A stretch of DNA of 64,000 nucleotides from Andalucia godoyi And28. Taxonomy: Eukaryota > Protista > Jakobida. How positions within the stretch are numbered: position 1 is the first letter of the stretch; each line of letters starts with the position of its first letter. Both the position numbers and the translations under genes were made by a program. Below, piece after piece: positions 33,977 to 43,660 of the stretch. Below the pieces are notes generated by a model. The model was not told the DNA's origin. It searched no databases and worked only from the letters and a program-made list of their open reading frames with translations. The stretch covers positions 268,026 to 332,025 of the forward strand of contig VRVR01000011.1 of assembly GCA_009859145.1 (NCBI GenBank). Direction: 5' to 3'.

Positions 33977-36900
33977 ATGGAACGGCCGTTGCCATTTAGC
34001 GAAGATGACTTGGCAACTCCAAAATCCAAAGCTGGAGTTCCGTTTCTTCTTCCGCCACCGCTTGTCGCGAGAACTATTTCCAGATACGGACATCAGCAGC
34101 CATCTTTTCAGGCGACAACGGCAGAATGGAGTGTGGATTGGGTTCGCGTATCTCGTTGGAGAAGAGGGCAATCTGTTTCGATGATGCTCAAGGATTATTG
34201 TATGTTGGTAACGCTTGTGATGGGAGTCATTGGACTCATCTTGTCGTTATACACATTTATCTTGTTTTACAAATGGTCCACAGATGCAAACAAGATCCTC
34301 TTTGGCGAATTTCGAGCCAGTGCTGCGTCTTCCGTCCGACGGTACGTTGCCATTGGATGGTCAGACGTGTTTTTCTTCTCCCCTGCTTTTGCTGCGTTCA
34401 ACGGTCCAATGATATTTATGCAGCCGTTGAAAGTGAGTTCTGTTGCATCCTTTGGCGTGAGTCCAGTTCTCAACGCGGTGAATGTGCCGGGACTCATGGA
34501 TACTCAATCCAAAGTCGTTGCACAGAGCGGCCTTCTTCGTGCGTCCGCGGGCTTCTCCAAAGACGTGCATCTTGGCACTGCAATGCAGATAGGAAGTAAC
34601 CTCAGTGTTGTTGGAAATGTCAGAACGAAGAATGTATTTGTGACTGGCATTTCTTTCTTGGACGGCCCTTTTACTGCAGACGTTCCACTGGAGTTCTCGG
34701 GAATCGGAACCTTCTCTGCACAATCCTCCTTTTCCAATGTGTTAGAATCTCTGAATGACGCATTTTTTGGTTGCCCTGTGGCGATCCAGAATAGTCTGGT
34801 AGTTTCAAACAGAACGGAGGCTCTCGAGCCAGTCATCGCGAAGGACCGGTCGTTTCTGCTTTCGAATTCCACCTTCAGCAATTTGTTCCTTGTGGAAGAT
34901 GCATTTTTGGTTTGGTACGAGAATCTCACACTTAGGGGGTTATCAAATTTTACATCTTCTGCTGTTTTTGAAGGTGTTGTCGAGTTTTCTGGACCTTCCG
35001 ATTTCCGCAGTACTTTGCTTGCAGGAGGGGACCTGTACAATTCCGGGTCCATCTTTGTGCTGGGATCAACATTTTGGAATGCTTCCGCCCTCATTAGAGG
35101 TGATTTCGATCTGCATGCGAATTATTCATCAGCCGGGCCGTTAACGCTGTCCAACGGGGCAGTAGTGGTTGGTAACACCGTTGTTTCCCTCAGAACACGT
35201 GCAACCAACGTTCACGTGTCGCCGCTGGCCTCGTTCTTGTCCTCCTCCAATACTACGTTCTCTGGTCCTCTTACAGTACATAACACTTCGCTGCTAGGTG
35301 GGACTTTGGTTTCATTTTCGTCCTTGAAGATTCTCCATGGTCCGTCAATTTTCGATGGTCCGCTCGAATTACAATCCAAATTCAATGTTACGGCAAGTCT
35401 GAATGTTCGTGGTCGTGCAAACATCACTTCGTTTACCATGATGTCTGCTGCGAGTTCTGCTGCAAGTTTGCGGGTGCACAGCAACGCCACGGTTCGAGCC
35501 GCTGTTTCGATTATGGGTCTATCCGAGTTCTTCAGTCCCGTCCTCCTTTCGTCCAACCTTTCTGTTCGCGGCGCCTCGCAAGTATATGGAAATGCGATTT
35601 TTGTCGGAAATGCGGACGTTCGCGGAAATATGATTTTGTATGGACACGCATATGCTTACGGCAGTGTCGATTTTGGCTCGGCATTGCGTGTCTTGGGCTC
35701 CGTTGGATGTGCTGACATTGTCCACGTTCTCGGATCGTCATCGTTTATGAATTCCTTGGTAGCCCAGCGCTCCTTTGTTTCCAATTCCTCATTGCATGCT
35801 GCGTTGGATATTGCTGTACAAGGAAACCTTTCCGTATCTGGCGATGTGGTCAGCGGAGGAAACGCAATGTTTCGATCTAGCCTGTTTGTATCCAATGCCT
35901 CTCTTCTTGTGGGACCGGTGTCTGTTCAAAATGCGATGACGGTTTCTTCCAATGTCACCGCGTCTGGGGACGCTTTCCTTCGCGCATCGCTGAGTGTTGC
36001 TGGTGCTTCGACGTTTTCCGGAAACGTCACTGTGGGAGGTGCGATGTTTGCTGGCGGCAACGTGCAGTTCAGGGGTCCACTTCGAATTTACCAGAATCTA
36101 TCCTTTGCAAGAATTGCACCAGCATTTTATAATAATGTATCTGTTTTCGGTCGACCATCTCGCTTTGTAGAGGACGGCAGTTTTGGAGAGTTATGGGTGG
36201 ACCAGTCTTCGTCATTGACAGTGTTTGGTAAGGCAATGCTAAAATCGACGGTTGTGTCTAGGAATTTTGTGAACTTTTCGGGCTCCTCTCTCAGCGTACT
36301 GGGTGATGTTGGAGTCCTGGGTTCCTCTTCTGCTTCTTCTTCCATGCTCACGAGAGTTGTGGCAACAAAAATCGCCCTTGTGGGCTCATTAAGATCCGCA
36401 GGGATCGGAACGTTTGAAGCGCTTGCAACTTTTTCGCGGAACCTAACGATGAGTGGCGGATTGTTATTTCAGTCGACCGGAAACCTTACCGTTGCGGCTC
36501 CTCTTGTTATAGATGCCGGTTTTCTTGCATTGTTTTTGGGGCCTGTCTATGTCCGTAGTTCGTGGCTCCTGCAGTCAACTGTCCTGTTTTTGGGAGCCAC
36601 CGTTCTTCGTGGACCAACGTTTATATCCACGACGTCTGCAGGAGTGGCCAATGCTGCGCAGTTTACCAATCTGGCAACATACAGCCGTACAAATCTGCAA
36701 GGCCCAGTCTCATTTTCCGGACCTGCAGTTATTCAAGACGTTTTTACGATAGAAGTTAGTGGAAGTTTCACAAAGTCGGCAGCCGGCACGACGCAGATGC
36801 TGAGCAGAGCGGACTTCGTCGGACCATCCAATATCAATGCGGCGCTCTCTGTCAACGGACCGGCATTTTTCTTCAATCAATGGACTATAAGTGGTGTCTC

Positions 36901-37306
36901 TTCTGGGTTGAATGTTTACCCCGTGGCAGCCATCAACGGGCCGGCAACCATTAATTTAGCAGACTTCAAACAATCCGTGTTCTTTTGGAAACCAGCAAGA
37001 ATCGATTCCGTGACAGGCTCTTCTACTGCCGCGGTACTTGTAACAGGAATGACTTCTGTCACATACAATGTCAACTTCAACGCGTATACAACGACGCGCA
37101 TCAATGGGCAATTTCAATTAAGCGGCAAGTCGACCGCTGGGCTTGTGCAGCCTTCATTTCAAATCGATAGTCGCATCTCGCAATTCGGACCTCCTTACTA
37201 CGTTTATCGTTGGGTAAGCGGAAGCCCATCTGTTGCGAAAGCCGTTGGTTGTTGGAAAATCAAAATTGCAGGGAATACGCGCTGCCTGTTATTTGAAATT
37301 CAGTAA
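33977..37306 (+). CDS. Beta-repeat fibre-like type II membrane glycoprotein, paralog 1 (1109 aa)
   Basis: Single TM near residues 70-95; ~950 aa of 6-residue x-hydrophobic-x-hydrophobic-x-G repeats; many N-x-S/T sequons; Cys-pair C-terminus; intronless. Confidence 0.85.
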   Translation: MERPLPFSEDDLATPKSKAGVPFLLPPPLVARTISRYGHQQPSFQATTAEWSVDWVRVSRWRRGQSVSMMLKDYCMLVTLVMGVIGLILSLYTFILFYKWSTDANKILFGEFRASAASSVRRYVAIGWSDVFFFSPAFAAFNGPMIFMQPLKVSSVASFGVSPVLNAVNVPGLMDTQSKVVAQSGLLRASAGFSKDVHLGTAMQIGSNLSVVGNVRTKNVFVTGISFLDGPFTADVPLEFSGIGTFSAQSSFSNVLESLNDAFFGCPVAIQNSLVVSNRTEALEPVIAKDRSFLLSNSTFSNLFLVEDAFLVWYENLTLRGLSNFTSSAVFEGVVEFSGPSDFRSTLLAGGDLYNSGSIFVLGSTFWNASALIRGDFDLHANYSSAGPLTLSNGAVVVGNTVVSLRTRATNVHVSPLASFLSSSNTTFSGPLTVHNTSLLGGTLVSFSSLKILHGPSIFDGPLELQSKFNVTASLNVRGRANITSFTMMSAASSAASLRVHSNATVRAAVSIMGLSEFFSPVLLSSNLSVRGASQVYGNAIFVGNADVRGNMILYGHAYAYGSVDFGSALRVLGSVGCADIVHVLGSSSFMNSLVAQRSFVSNSSLHAALDIAVQGNLSVSGDVVSGGNAMFRSSLFVSNASLLVGPVSVQNAMTVSSNVTASGDAFLRASLSVAGASTFSGNVTVGGAMFAGGNVQFRGPLRIYQNLSFARIAPAFYNNVSVFGRPSRFVEDGSFGELWVDQSSSLTVFGKAMLKSTVVSRNFVNFSGSSLSVLGDVGVLGSSSASSSMLTRVVATKIALVGSLRSAGIGTFEALATFSRNLTMSGGLLFQSTGNLTVAAPLVIDAGFLALFLGPVYVRSSWLLQSTVLFLGATVLRGPTFISTTSAGVANAAQFTNLATYSRTNLQGPVSFSGPAVIQDVFTIEVSGSFTKSAAGTTQMLSRADFVGPSNINAALSVNGPAFFFNQWTISGVSSGLNVYPVAAINGPATINLADFKQSVFFWKPARIDSVTGSSTAAVLVTGMTSVTYNVNFNAYTTTRINGQFQLSGKSTAGLVQPSFQIDSRISQFGPPYYVYRWVSGSPSVAKAVGCWKIKIAGNTRCLLFEIQ

Positions 37307-37325
37307 ACATGATTTTTTTGTGTGC

Positions 37326-37353
37326 AAAAAAAAAAAAAAAAAAAAAAGAAATC

Positions 37354-37386
<33 letters not shown>
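37326..37386. repeat. A22 homopolymer followed by (AG)14
   Basis: Read directly; in the 133-bp gap between convergent genes. Confidence 0.9.
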
Positions 37387-37391
<5 letters not shown>

Positions 37392-37439
37392 AATAATGAA
37401 TGAGAAATTTCAAATCTCGATTGAATGCTAAGTGCTGAA

Positions 37440-39377
37440 TCACGATATGCCGTTGCGCACGGAGAGCACGGAATGAGGGATCTCATTTGCAATTTGCGCC
37501 ATATTTGCAAACACTGGCGTCTTGTGGCCAAAGACGGCATGCAGGGCATCTTGAGAAGACATTCTTCCGCAAGACGAGAAAAGTATCGAACGAACGCTGC
37601 TCAATGGAATTTCTTTCCGGATGAGCCTTAACCATAATTCAGTTGCAAAGCACGTCGCGAAAGGATACGAGAAGTACACTCCTCCGTAGCCGCCTAGATG
37701 GGTGAGATACCCATGGAAGTGGGATGAGTTTGATATCCCATACCGTTCACGGGATTTGGTGACAATGGATTTCAAAGATGCATCTGTAATCTGCTGGTCA
37801 CTCTGCAAGCTGTGGAATCGAGCATCAACATCTGCAAGAAACGTCTGGTAAAGAATGTCGAAAGGCTTCCAAGGACTCAAATCACCGGAGACCACTGCAG
37901 GTAGCAACTCCAAGAAAGTCGAATGAATTTCCAAGTAATCAGGAGATTCTCGGTTCCCAGAATTGGAATAAAATTCTCCAACGGACAGGATACCTTGAAT
38001 CACATGCCCAAACTCGTGAAATAACGTGTGGCGCGGAGTGTCTTTTGCACACGTAATCACATAGATAGGGGGGGCATCCGTTTTCACTCCAACAGAAATG
38101 GAGAACGACGCATTCAGTCCTGCCAAGTTTTCGGATTCGTCGAGATACACAGTGCCAACATGCACCGACGTTCCCGTGCTCTGGATCTCAAAAACGGACA
38201 CACAGTCATTCCAAACTTCCACCGGATCTGGCTTCCGCTCTTGGAATCGCAGTTCAAAAAGGGCTTCAACATACTTGAAAAAATCAGAAATAGACATCTG
38301 TGAGGATCCCGGTGCAGGATTTCGTCTTTCGCCAAGGCCGATTAATCCGGCCTTTGACTTTGATGCTTCTTCCAAGTACTCGAGGACAACAGCTGATGTC
38401 TTTGCAACGGCCGATGCGGTCGAGTAGTCAAAGAATGATTTGAAGCCGAGGAGATTCGCCAACTTCAGTCGGTTTTTTAATAACTGCTCCACAATGGGGT
38501 ATCTCTCGTGTTCGGCAGAGCTGTATATCAAATGCTCGGCATTCTCAATGAATGATTCACACTCCATAAGCCGCACTCGATCAGTGGTGCTCAAATTGAC
38601 AACTCCCTTTACCATTTCTGTTTCTAGTGAATCAATAAAAAGCAATTCGGAAGGAGAAAACAAATGCTTTGATTGATTCCGTATCGAAAGGAAAGATCTC
38701 AAAAACTCAATGTTCTGTTCGCTTCCATTCACTTCTCGCATGAATGAAGACATTTCGAGAAAGATGGAATTCGCGGTACGTCTCCACTTTTCATCAGGAT
38801 TTGAGAGGGAGATAAATCGAGCCGGATCAGAAACCGAGCACATCATCTGGGCACACTTGTCCACTGCATGCAACGCCGAGACCGGATTCAGTCTGTAGTA
38901 GGACGGTCGAAATGCATCCTCGATGATATCCTTGCATTGGCGCACGGTCAGGTTGAAATATCTGCCGAATGCTTCAGGGCTCGACAATTTCGGAAGCCTG
39001 AACATGATCGTCCATGCATGGGTATCGCAACGGTTGACCGTTTTGGGTTTGAACATCAAACAAAACAACATCGCACCGGAAGTTTGTTTATTGTCTAACT
39101 CTATGGGGGGACGCGATCTTTCCACCGTAGTCCAGCCCAGACATTTTATTTTCTGTTTGTGTTTTGCATTATCGAACCTCAAGCAGCACCTTTCATCAAA
39201 GACTAAATCTCTCATGGCTCCAAAGAGGGGTCTTCCCGACAAACTCAAACCGGCTACATTTCCGTTTCCTCCAACGTTCATTTTTGAATGCTGAATCCAT
39301 TGGGGGAATGTATGTTGGTTGCGATGGCCCTTTGACCACATTGAAAGAATTGGTGCTCTTCCCAAATAAAAACACAT
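37440..39377 (-). CDS. Peptidase M3 family (mitochondrial intermediate peptidase / oligopeptidase-like), divergent
   Basis: TLFHEFGH zinc motif, SGNRESPDYLE (third ligand Glu), HLGGYGGVYFSYPFA and LKLANLLGF motifs. Start codon uncertain. Confidence 0.85.
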   Translation of the reverse strand: MCFYLGRAPILSMWSKGHRNQHTFPQWIQHSKMNVGGNGNVAGLSLSGRPLFGAMRDLVFDERCCLRFDNAKHKQKIKCLGWTTVERSRPPIELDNKQTSGAMLFCLMFKPKTVNRCDTHAWTIMFRLPKLSSPEAFGRYFNLTVRQCKDIIEDAFRPSYYRLNPVSALHAVDKCAQMMCSVSDPARFISLSNPDEKWRRTANSIFLEMSSFMREVNGSEQNIEFLRSFLSIRNQSKHLFSPSELLFIDSLETEMVKGVVNLSTTDRVRLMECESFIENAEHLIYSSAEHERYPIVEQLLKNRLKLANLLGFKSFFDYSTASAVAKTSAVVLEYLEEASKSKAGLIGLGERRNPAPGSSQMSISDFFKYVEALFELRFQERKPDPVEVWNDCVSVFEIQSTGTSVHVGTVYLDESENLAGLNASFSISVGVKTDAPPIYVITCAKDTPRHTLFHEFGHVIQGILSVGEFYSNSGNRESPDYLEIHSTFLELLPAVVSGDLSPWKPFDILYQTFLADVDARFHSLQSDQQITDASLKSIVTKSRERYGISNSSHFHGYLTHLGGYGGVYFSYPFATCFATELWLRLIRKEIPLSSVRSILFSSCGRMSSQDALHAVFGHKTPVFANMAQIANEIPHSVLSVRNGIS

Positions 39378-39516
39378 GGCTTGGATCTGTCTTTGGTGAC
39401 AGCTTGGCCGATGATGATCAATAATGATTCATGTTTTGCGAGCGGTCAGATTGCAAAATAAAATATAAAATAAAGAATTAAATAAAAGATCTTCTGAAAG
39501 CGACAAGGTGGACTTT

Positions 39517-39614
39517 CGCCTACACTATGCACTGAACATGCATATCCACGAATAGACATGCACATTCAATCTTGCATCCCGTTGCCGCGAAGGGGATAGG
39601 CTCCAACACGCCTC
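39517..39614 (-). ncRNA. Putative Fanzor omegaRNA scaffold, copy 2
   Basis: GGA-GCCTA-TCC hairpin (loop 39601-39597); 18-bp stem at 39570-39531 capped by a UUCG tetraloop with 5 G-U pairs; terminal TAGGC (39522-39518) complementary to the loop. Confidence 0.72.
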
Positions 39615-39765
39615 ACGGCATTCTTCAGATAGATGCTCCGCGCTCCGCGCTCCGTTCCCAATCTCGATCAATCGGTGAGCCGCTTTTCTCAGCGTGACAC
39701 GTTGCTCCTGAGAAGGGTGCATTTTGATTCTGACGGCCCTGTATCGAGCGACGTAGGCGTAGGCG
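39517..39765 (-). mobile_element. Mini-Fanzor: ~250-bp internally deleted non-autonomous element
   Basis: 39746-39684 encodes RYRAVRIKMHPSQEQRVTLRK (TnpB/Fanzor N-terminal HTH motif). It is fused directly to IDRDW-NGARSIYLKNAVRRVGAYPL (RuvC-III, with +1 G and a 7-bp duplication). RRVGAYPL and the 3' end TGTAGGCG are shared with the 1.2-1.6 kb copy. Ends carry CGCCTAC/GTAGGCG inverted repeats. Confidence 0.88.
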
Positions 39766-40273
39766 AATGCGTCATCCCAGCGCACTCACGCCCATATTTG
39801 AATAAAAAAGTGAAACCAAAAAAAGTGAAACCAACGAATGATAGAATAGATGGCTACAGATGGTGCGTTAAAGAGTGTCGAAAATGCAGAGCCTGTGTCA
39901 CCGGCTGAATTTCGGCCGAGCGTGCGTAAGCACGAATTCCCCTGTGAAACAAACGTGCTAGTGTCGGCCAGTGTTGACCGTGTCTGTTTATGTATACTTT
40001 TCCGTATGCATGACAATGGCGTGTTATAATTCAACGGTATGTGTCGTTTGCCTTTGTTTTGTCGTTTCGGTCTTTGTTGACGGTAGTGGTGGAACTTGGA
40101 AGAACAAGCATCGGCGTTCTATTTGTTTGTTGTGACAGTTGCCAATTCTCTTCGCGCGGGTGTCTCGTGGGTCATTTTTTAAAATCTTCATAGCTATTGA
40201 CGTTGGGTTGCATTTGCGCACCGCACCGTGAACAAGGGAGGGAGGGCGTGTTTAGCTGCTATTCGCCGGGTTC

Positions 40274-43200
40274 ATGTCGAATTCCGAGAATACAATGAAT
40301 TCTGGTCCAGCTGCGGGGTCGGGCGTTCTCTTCAGTGAAAATCCGCCTGGATTGGCGGATCCTATTTCCCGATTTGCAGAGTATGATGATGCAGGGACAA
40401 TCGAGGTTGACAAGTCGGAACTCTCAACCGGGCTAACAGGGAACAGCAATCGTGTTGCCTCCCAAGTACCAACGAAATCCAAAGGTGGAGTTGTCGACCC
40501 ATTTTCCATTCGTTATCCATTGAAAGTCCGGATGTTTGTCTACGTGCTTGCTTTGATGAGCTTCTTCGGAATTGTTGCTTTAATCGTTTGGTATGGAGGT
40601 TTCCTGGAAGTCTACCGAAATTCAAAGGATCTGCATGTCGACGATGAACTTCGAGCGAAAACCGTGGTCTTTGACGAGTACTTGACGGTTGGCCGTGGCC
40701 CTGGCGATCGAACACTGCTCTCGGATCCGACATTAGGCGCGTCTCTTGTGGAAGTGAATAGCACATTTACGAATCGGATCACAGTACTGGAGGTTGCCGC
40801 ATTTTCAAACGACGTCAGCATGAGTGGAATGACAATCCAGAGCAACTTGTCGTCGTTGTCCCAAATTCATGGAATCTCGCTACGGATCGAGGATAACATT
40901 GTGGCGCAGTCTTCTGTAACGATTCTTCCCAATGCCTCCATTGTCAGTAACGGAAACTTGAGCGTTGGCGGTCGTTTACAAGCATCTACTCTCGTCGTAT
41001 CGAGCACCGCGCAGTTCTCGGGCAAAGTGGTGTTGGATAATCGTTTTACGGCGACATCACTCGCTGCCTTTGGTCGTTTAGTGCTAACGGGCTCTGTATC
41101 TTCGAACAGGACTGTATCATCTGGTCTGACAACCTTCACGGCTCCTGTCGCCAATAATGGATTCTCTGAATTTTCGGGTCCATTTACAAAACTCTTTTCC
41201 ACCTTTTTTGCCACCGACACATTGACATCGTCGTCGTTATCGAGCTCCGTTTCGATAATTGGTCGTCTCTTTGCACGATCCTCACCATCGCCTTCCCTCC
41301 GCATTACAGCGCCAGTATTCTTTGAAGAAAACTCCACGAGCACATCCGGGAAGTTTGACTTTTTGGCAGAAACGCATGTGTCCGGGTTAGCCTACGTGCA
41401 TGGTGATGCATTCGCGTCTGCGGACACCTTTTGGAGTGGGAATGCCACAATTTATGGCGCGGTGTGCGTCAACGGCTCCAGCTCGTTTTTCAACAAGTCC
41501 ATGATCGAGGAATCTCTGTTCGCTGCACAGTCAGTCTTTGTCATTGGAGGAAACTGGACCAACATTGGACGCACGATCTTTAAAAATGATCTGCAAGTTG
41601 ATGGAAATTTCTCCGCCGACGGAGCGATCAACTCATCGGGCTACGTTTTGCTGAAGGACGCTTTTGTTGCGAATGGTCCAGTAATCGTTGGTTCACCATT
41701 CGTTGTCTCAGGAAGTTCGTGGTTCAATGGTTCCACCAATGCAAGCGTGGTTGTCGTTCACGGAGATTTTCGCTCTGTAGGACCTGCAGTGTTTTATGCG
41801 GAACTTGATTTCTCGTTGGTCGTGAATGTTTCAGTGGGCATTGTTGTCGACTCAAATGCAATTATCGCAGGCCCGTTGTTCTCAAAGGGAATGCTAAGTC
41901 TGACGGATGCTTCAGCGAAGATGGACCTGACGGTCAACGGTTCTGCATCTTGGAGTTCCCCTGCGTTCTTCAACCAGTCTGTCTCATTTCTTTCTCCTGT
42001 TCGTGTACTGGAGACTGCAGTCATACACGGAGATCTCCTTGTCAATTCTTCTTCCTGGTTGAGCAAGTCTGATGTTGTTATTTTAAGCGGTTTGCAAGTA
42101 GCAAAGAAGTCTTATTTTCAGGCGGCCGTCAATATCTCAGCATGGCTTGTGGTTGCCGAAGACGCGTTCATCAACTTGGATGTGTCTGCTGGTCGAAATC
42201 TTTCGGTGTCCGGGACTGTGAAGACTTTGAGAGACCTCAAGGTCGGTTCTGCGATGACATTACTAGGGGCTGCGACATTCATGTCTGACGTCAACATTTT
42301 GAACTCTTTGAATGTCAGCGGAGTAGTCATTATCAACGGCAGCTGGACCTCTCTTTCTTCCTTCATTGTTTCTGGCGAGGGATCTCTTCAGAGGTCGAGC
42401 TTTCAAGGACCTGTGCATATAGATGGAGGTGCTTCGTTTTCCGATACGTCGACAGTGTTAGTGACCGCTCAGACTGATGTGCAGGGCAGTACAGTATTTT
42501 CCTCTGGCAGTCGGTTGATGGGACTCTCGTCACGATTCTATGCAGCTGTTTCTGCTCAGTCGTCAATGACAATTCTCCGGGAGTTAACTGCTTCTGGGAG
42601 CGTGGCTTTTGTGGACACCGCTGGTCTTCACTCTCTTGAAGCGAGCTCAGGAGCTTGGATCGCAGGAGACCTTGTTGTCCGAGGTATTTCCAACTTTTCC
42701 GGTCCTGTTGTATCGGCAGTTGCGGGGTTCACTGCCGGAATGAATGTTTCAGGTGATGCCGAATTTGGCGGTCCTGTTGTGTTCCGGTCTGCAGTGCGTG
42801 CGTCAGGTCCTGTAAGATCTCTTGGTGCAGTGCGGGTGGATTCGATGCTCACTGCGAATGCTCCAGCTTCACTGTCGAGTACCGCTGTCTTTGTGTCTCC
42901 GGTCACTGCCACATTCAACGTGACCTGCAACGGCGCCGTGCGAGTTTTCTCGACAGGAATCGCAGAGCTTCGTGGGGAAACATTAATCGATTCCGCAAGA
43001 CCCGTCCTTGTCCGGGGCTCATTGGATTTTTACGGCCCCGTGACTGTCTCAGGTACACTGTCCCTTTCCAACAGCGTCACGTTCTCCGGAAGCTCCGTAT
43101 TTGTGAATTACGGATCGACAACATTTTCAAATCCGGTAACCGTGAATTCGGTGTGGAATGTCTCTGGAGCGACAACGGTGACGGGAGTAGCACTGTTCTC

Positions 43201-43660
43201 TAGCAGTGTGTCTGTTTCTGTTAGCGGGACCTTGACACACACTGGCGGATCGGCCGCAACCTTCAAGGACACAGTGTTGTTTTCGAATGCAACATCTCTC
43301 CAGAACGCTGCTATTTTTCGGGCGGGTACAACATTCGGCGCCGCAGTTTCAGTGACTGGAAATATTGATCTTAACAATGACGCTAATTTTATTGGGACGT
43401 TCAGCTCGAATACACTCGGTACGGTGAAGTTCATGTACGACGTTGTGTTTTCTGGCACGTCTGGTCCGCAGTTTGCTTCAGATTTTCTTGCGGTTCCCTC
43501 GGCTTCTCTGGGACGCTACGATCCTAGGGTTGTTGTATCCGCGACCAATCCATATCCTTATCCATTTCAATGTTTGCAGTTCAAAACAACTCTGTCGCTT
43601 CCGTGGTTCTCTTCTGGATCTGGCTGTTTTTATGTGATGAAACGCGCAGATCTTTCATAG
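40274..43660 (+). CDS. Beta-repeat fibre-like type II membrane glycoprotein, paralog 2 (1128 aa)
   Basis: TM MFVYVLALMSFFGIVALIVWY; hexad repeats such as SLNVSG-VVIING-SWTSLS-SFIVSG-EGSLQR-SSFQGP-VHIDGG; many sequons; two-Cys C-terminus. Confidence 0.85.
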   Translation: MSNSENTMNSGPAAGSGVLFSENPPGLADPISRFAEYDDAGTIEVDKSELSTGLTGNSNRVASQVPTKSKGGVVDPFSIRYPLKVRMFVYVLALMSFFGIVALIVWYGGFLEVYRNSKDLHVDDELRAKTVVFDEYLTVGRGPGDRTLLSDPTLGASLVEVNSTFTNRITVLEVAAFSNDVSMSGMTIQSNLSSLSQIHGISLRIEDNIVAQSSVTILPNASIVSNGNLSVGGRLQASTLVVSSTAQFSGKVVLDNRFTATSLAAFGRLVLTGSVSSNRTVSSGLTTFTAPVANNGFSEFSGPFTKLFSTFFATDTLTSSSLSSSVSIIGRLFARSSPSPSLRITAPVFFEENSTSTSGKFDFLAETHVSGLAYVHGDAFASADTFWSGNATIYGAVCVNGSSSFFNKSMIEESLFAAQSVFVIGGNWTNIGRTIFKNDLQVDGNFSADGAINSSGYVLLKDAFVANGPVIVGSPFVVSGSSWFNGSTNASVVVVHGDFRSVGPAVFYAELDFSLVVNVSVGIVVDSNAIIAGPLFSKGMLSLTDASAKMDLTVNGSASWSSPAFFNQSVSFLSPVRVLETAVIHGDLLVNSSSWLSKSDVVILSGLQVAKKSYFQAAVNISAWLVVAEDAFINLDVSAGRNLSVSGTVKTLRDLKVGSAMTLLGAATFMSDVNILNSLNVSGVVIINGSWTSLSSFIVSGEGSLQRSSFQGPVHIDGGASFSDTSTVLVTAQTDVQGSTVFSSGSRLMGLSSRFYAAVSAQSSMTILRELTASGSVAFVDTAGLHSLEASSGAWIAGDLVVRGISNFSGPVVSAVAGFTAGMNVSGDAEFGGPVVFRSAVRASGPVRSLGAVRVDSMLTANAPASLSSTAVFVSPVTATFNVTCNGAVRVFSTGIAELRGETLIDSARPVLVRGSLDFYGPVTVSGTLSLSNSVTFSGSSVFVNYGSTTFSNPVTVNSVWNVSGATTVTGVALFSSSVSVSVSGTLTHTGGSAATFKDTVLFSNATSLQNAAIFRAGTTFGAAVSVTGNIDLNNDANFIGTFSSNTLGTVKFMYDVVFSGTSGPQFASDFLAVPSASLGRYDPRVVVSATNPYPYPFQCLQFKTTLSLPWFSSGSGCFYVMKRADLS

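Noticed and set aside
37326-37347. A22 run as a retroposon tail
   Set aside because: No target-site duplication or element body; homopolymers are common in this window's intergenic DNA.
39513-39769. TT|AA flanks suggesting a piggyBac-like TTAA target for the mini-Fanzor
   Set aside because: TTAA is not duplicated, and the other copy is followed by CTTC rather than AA.
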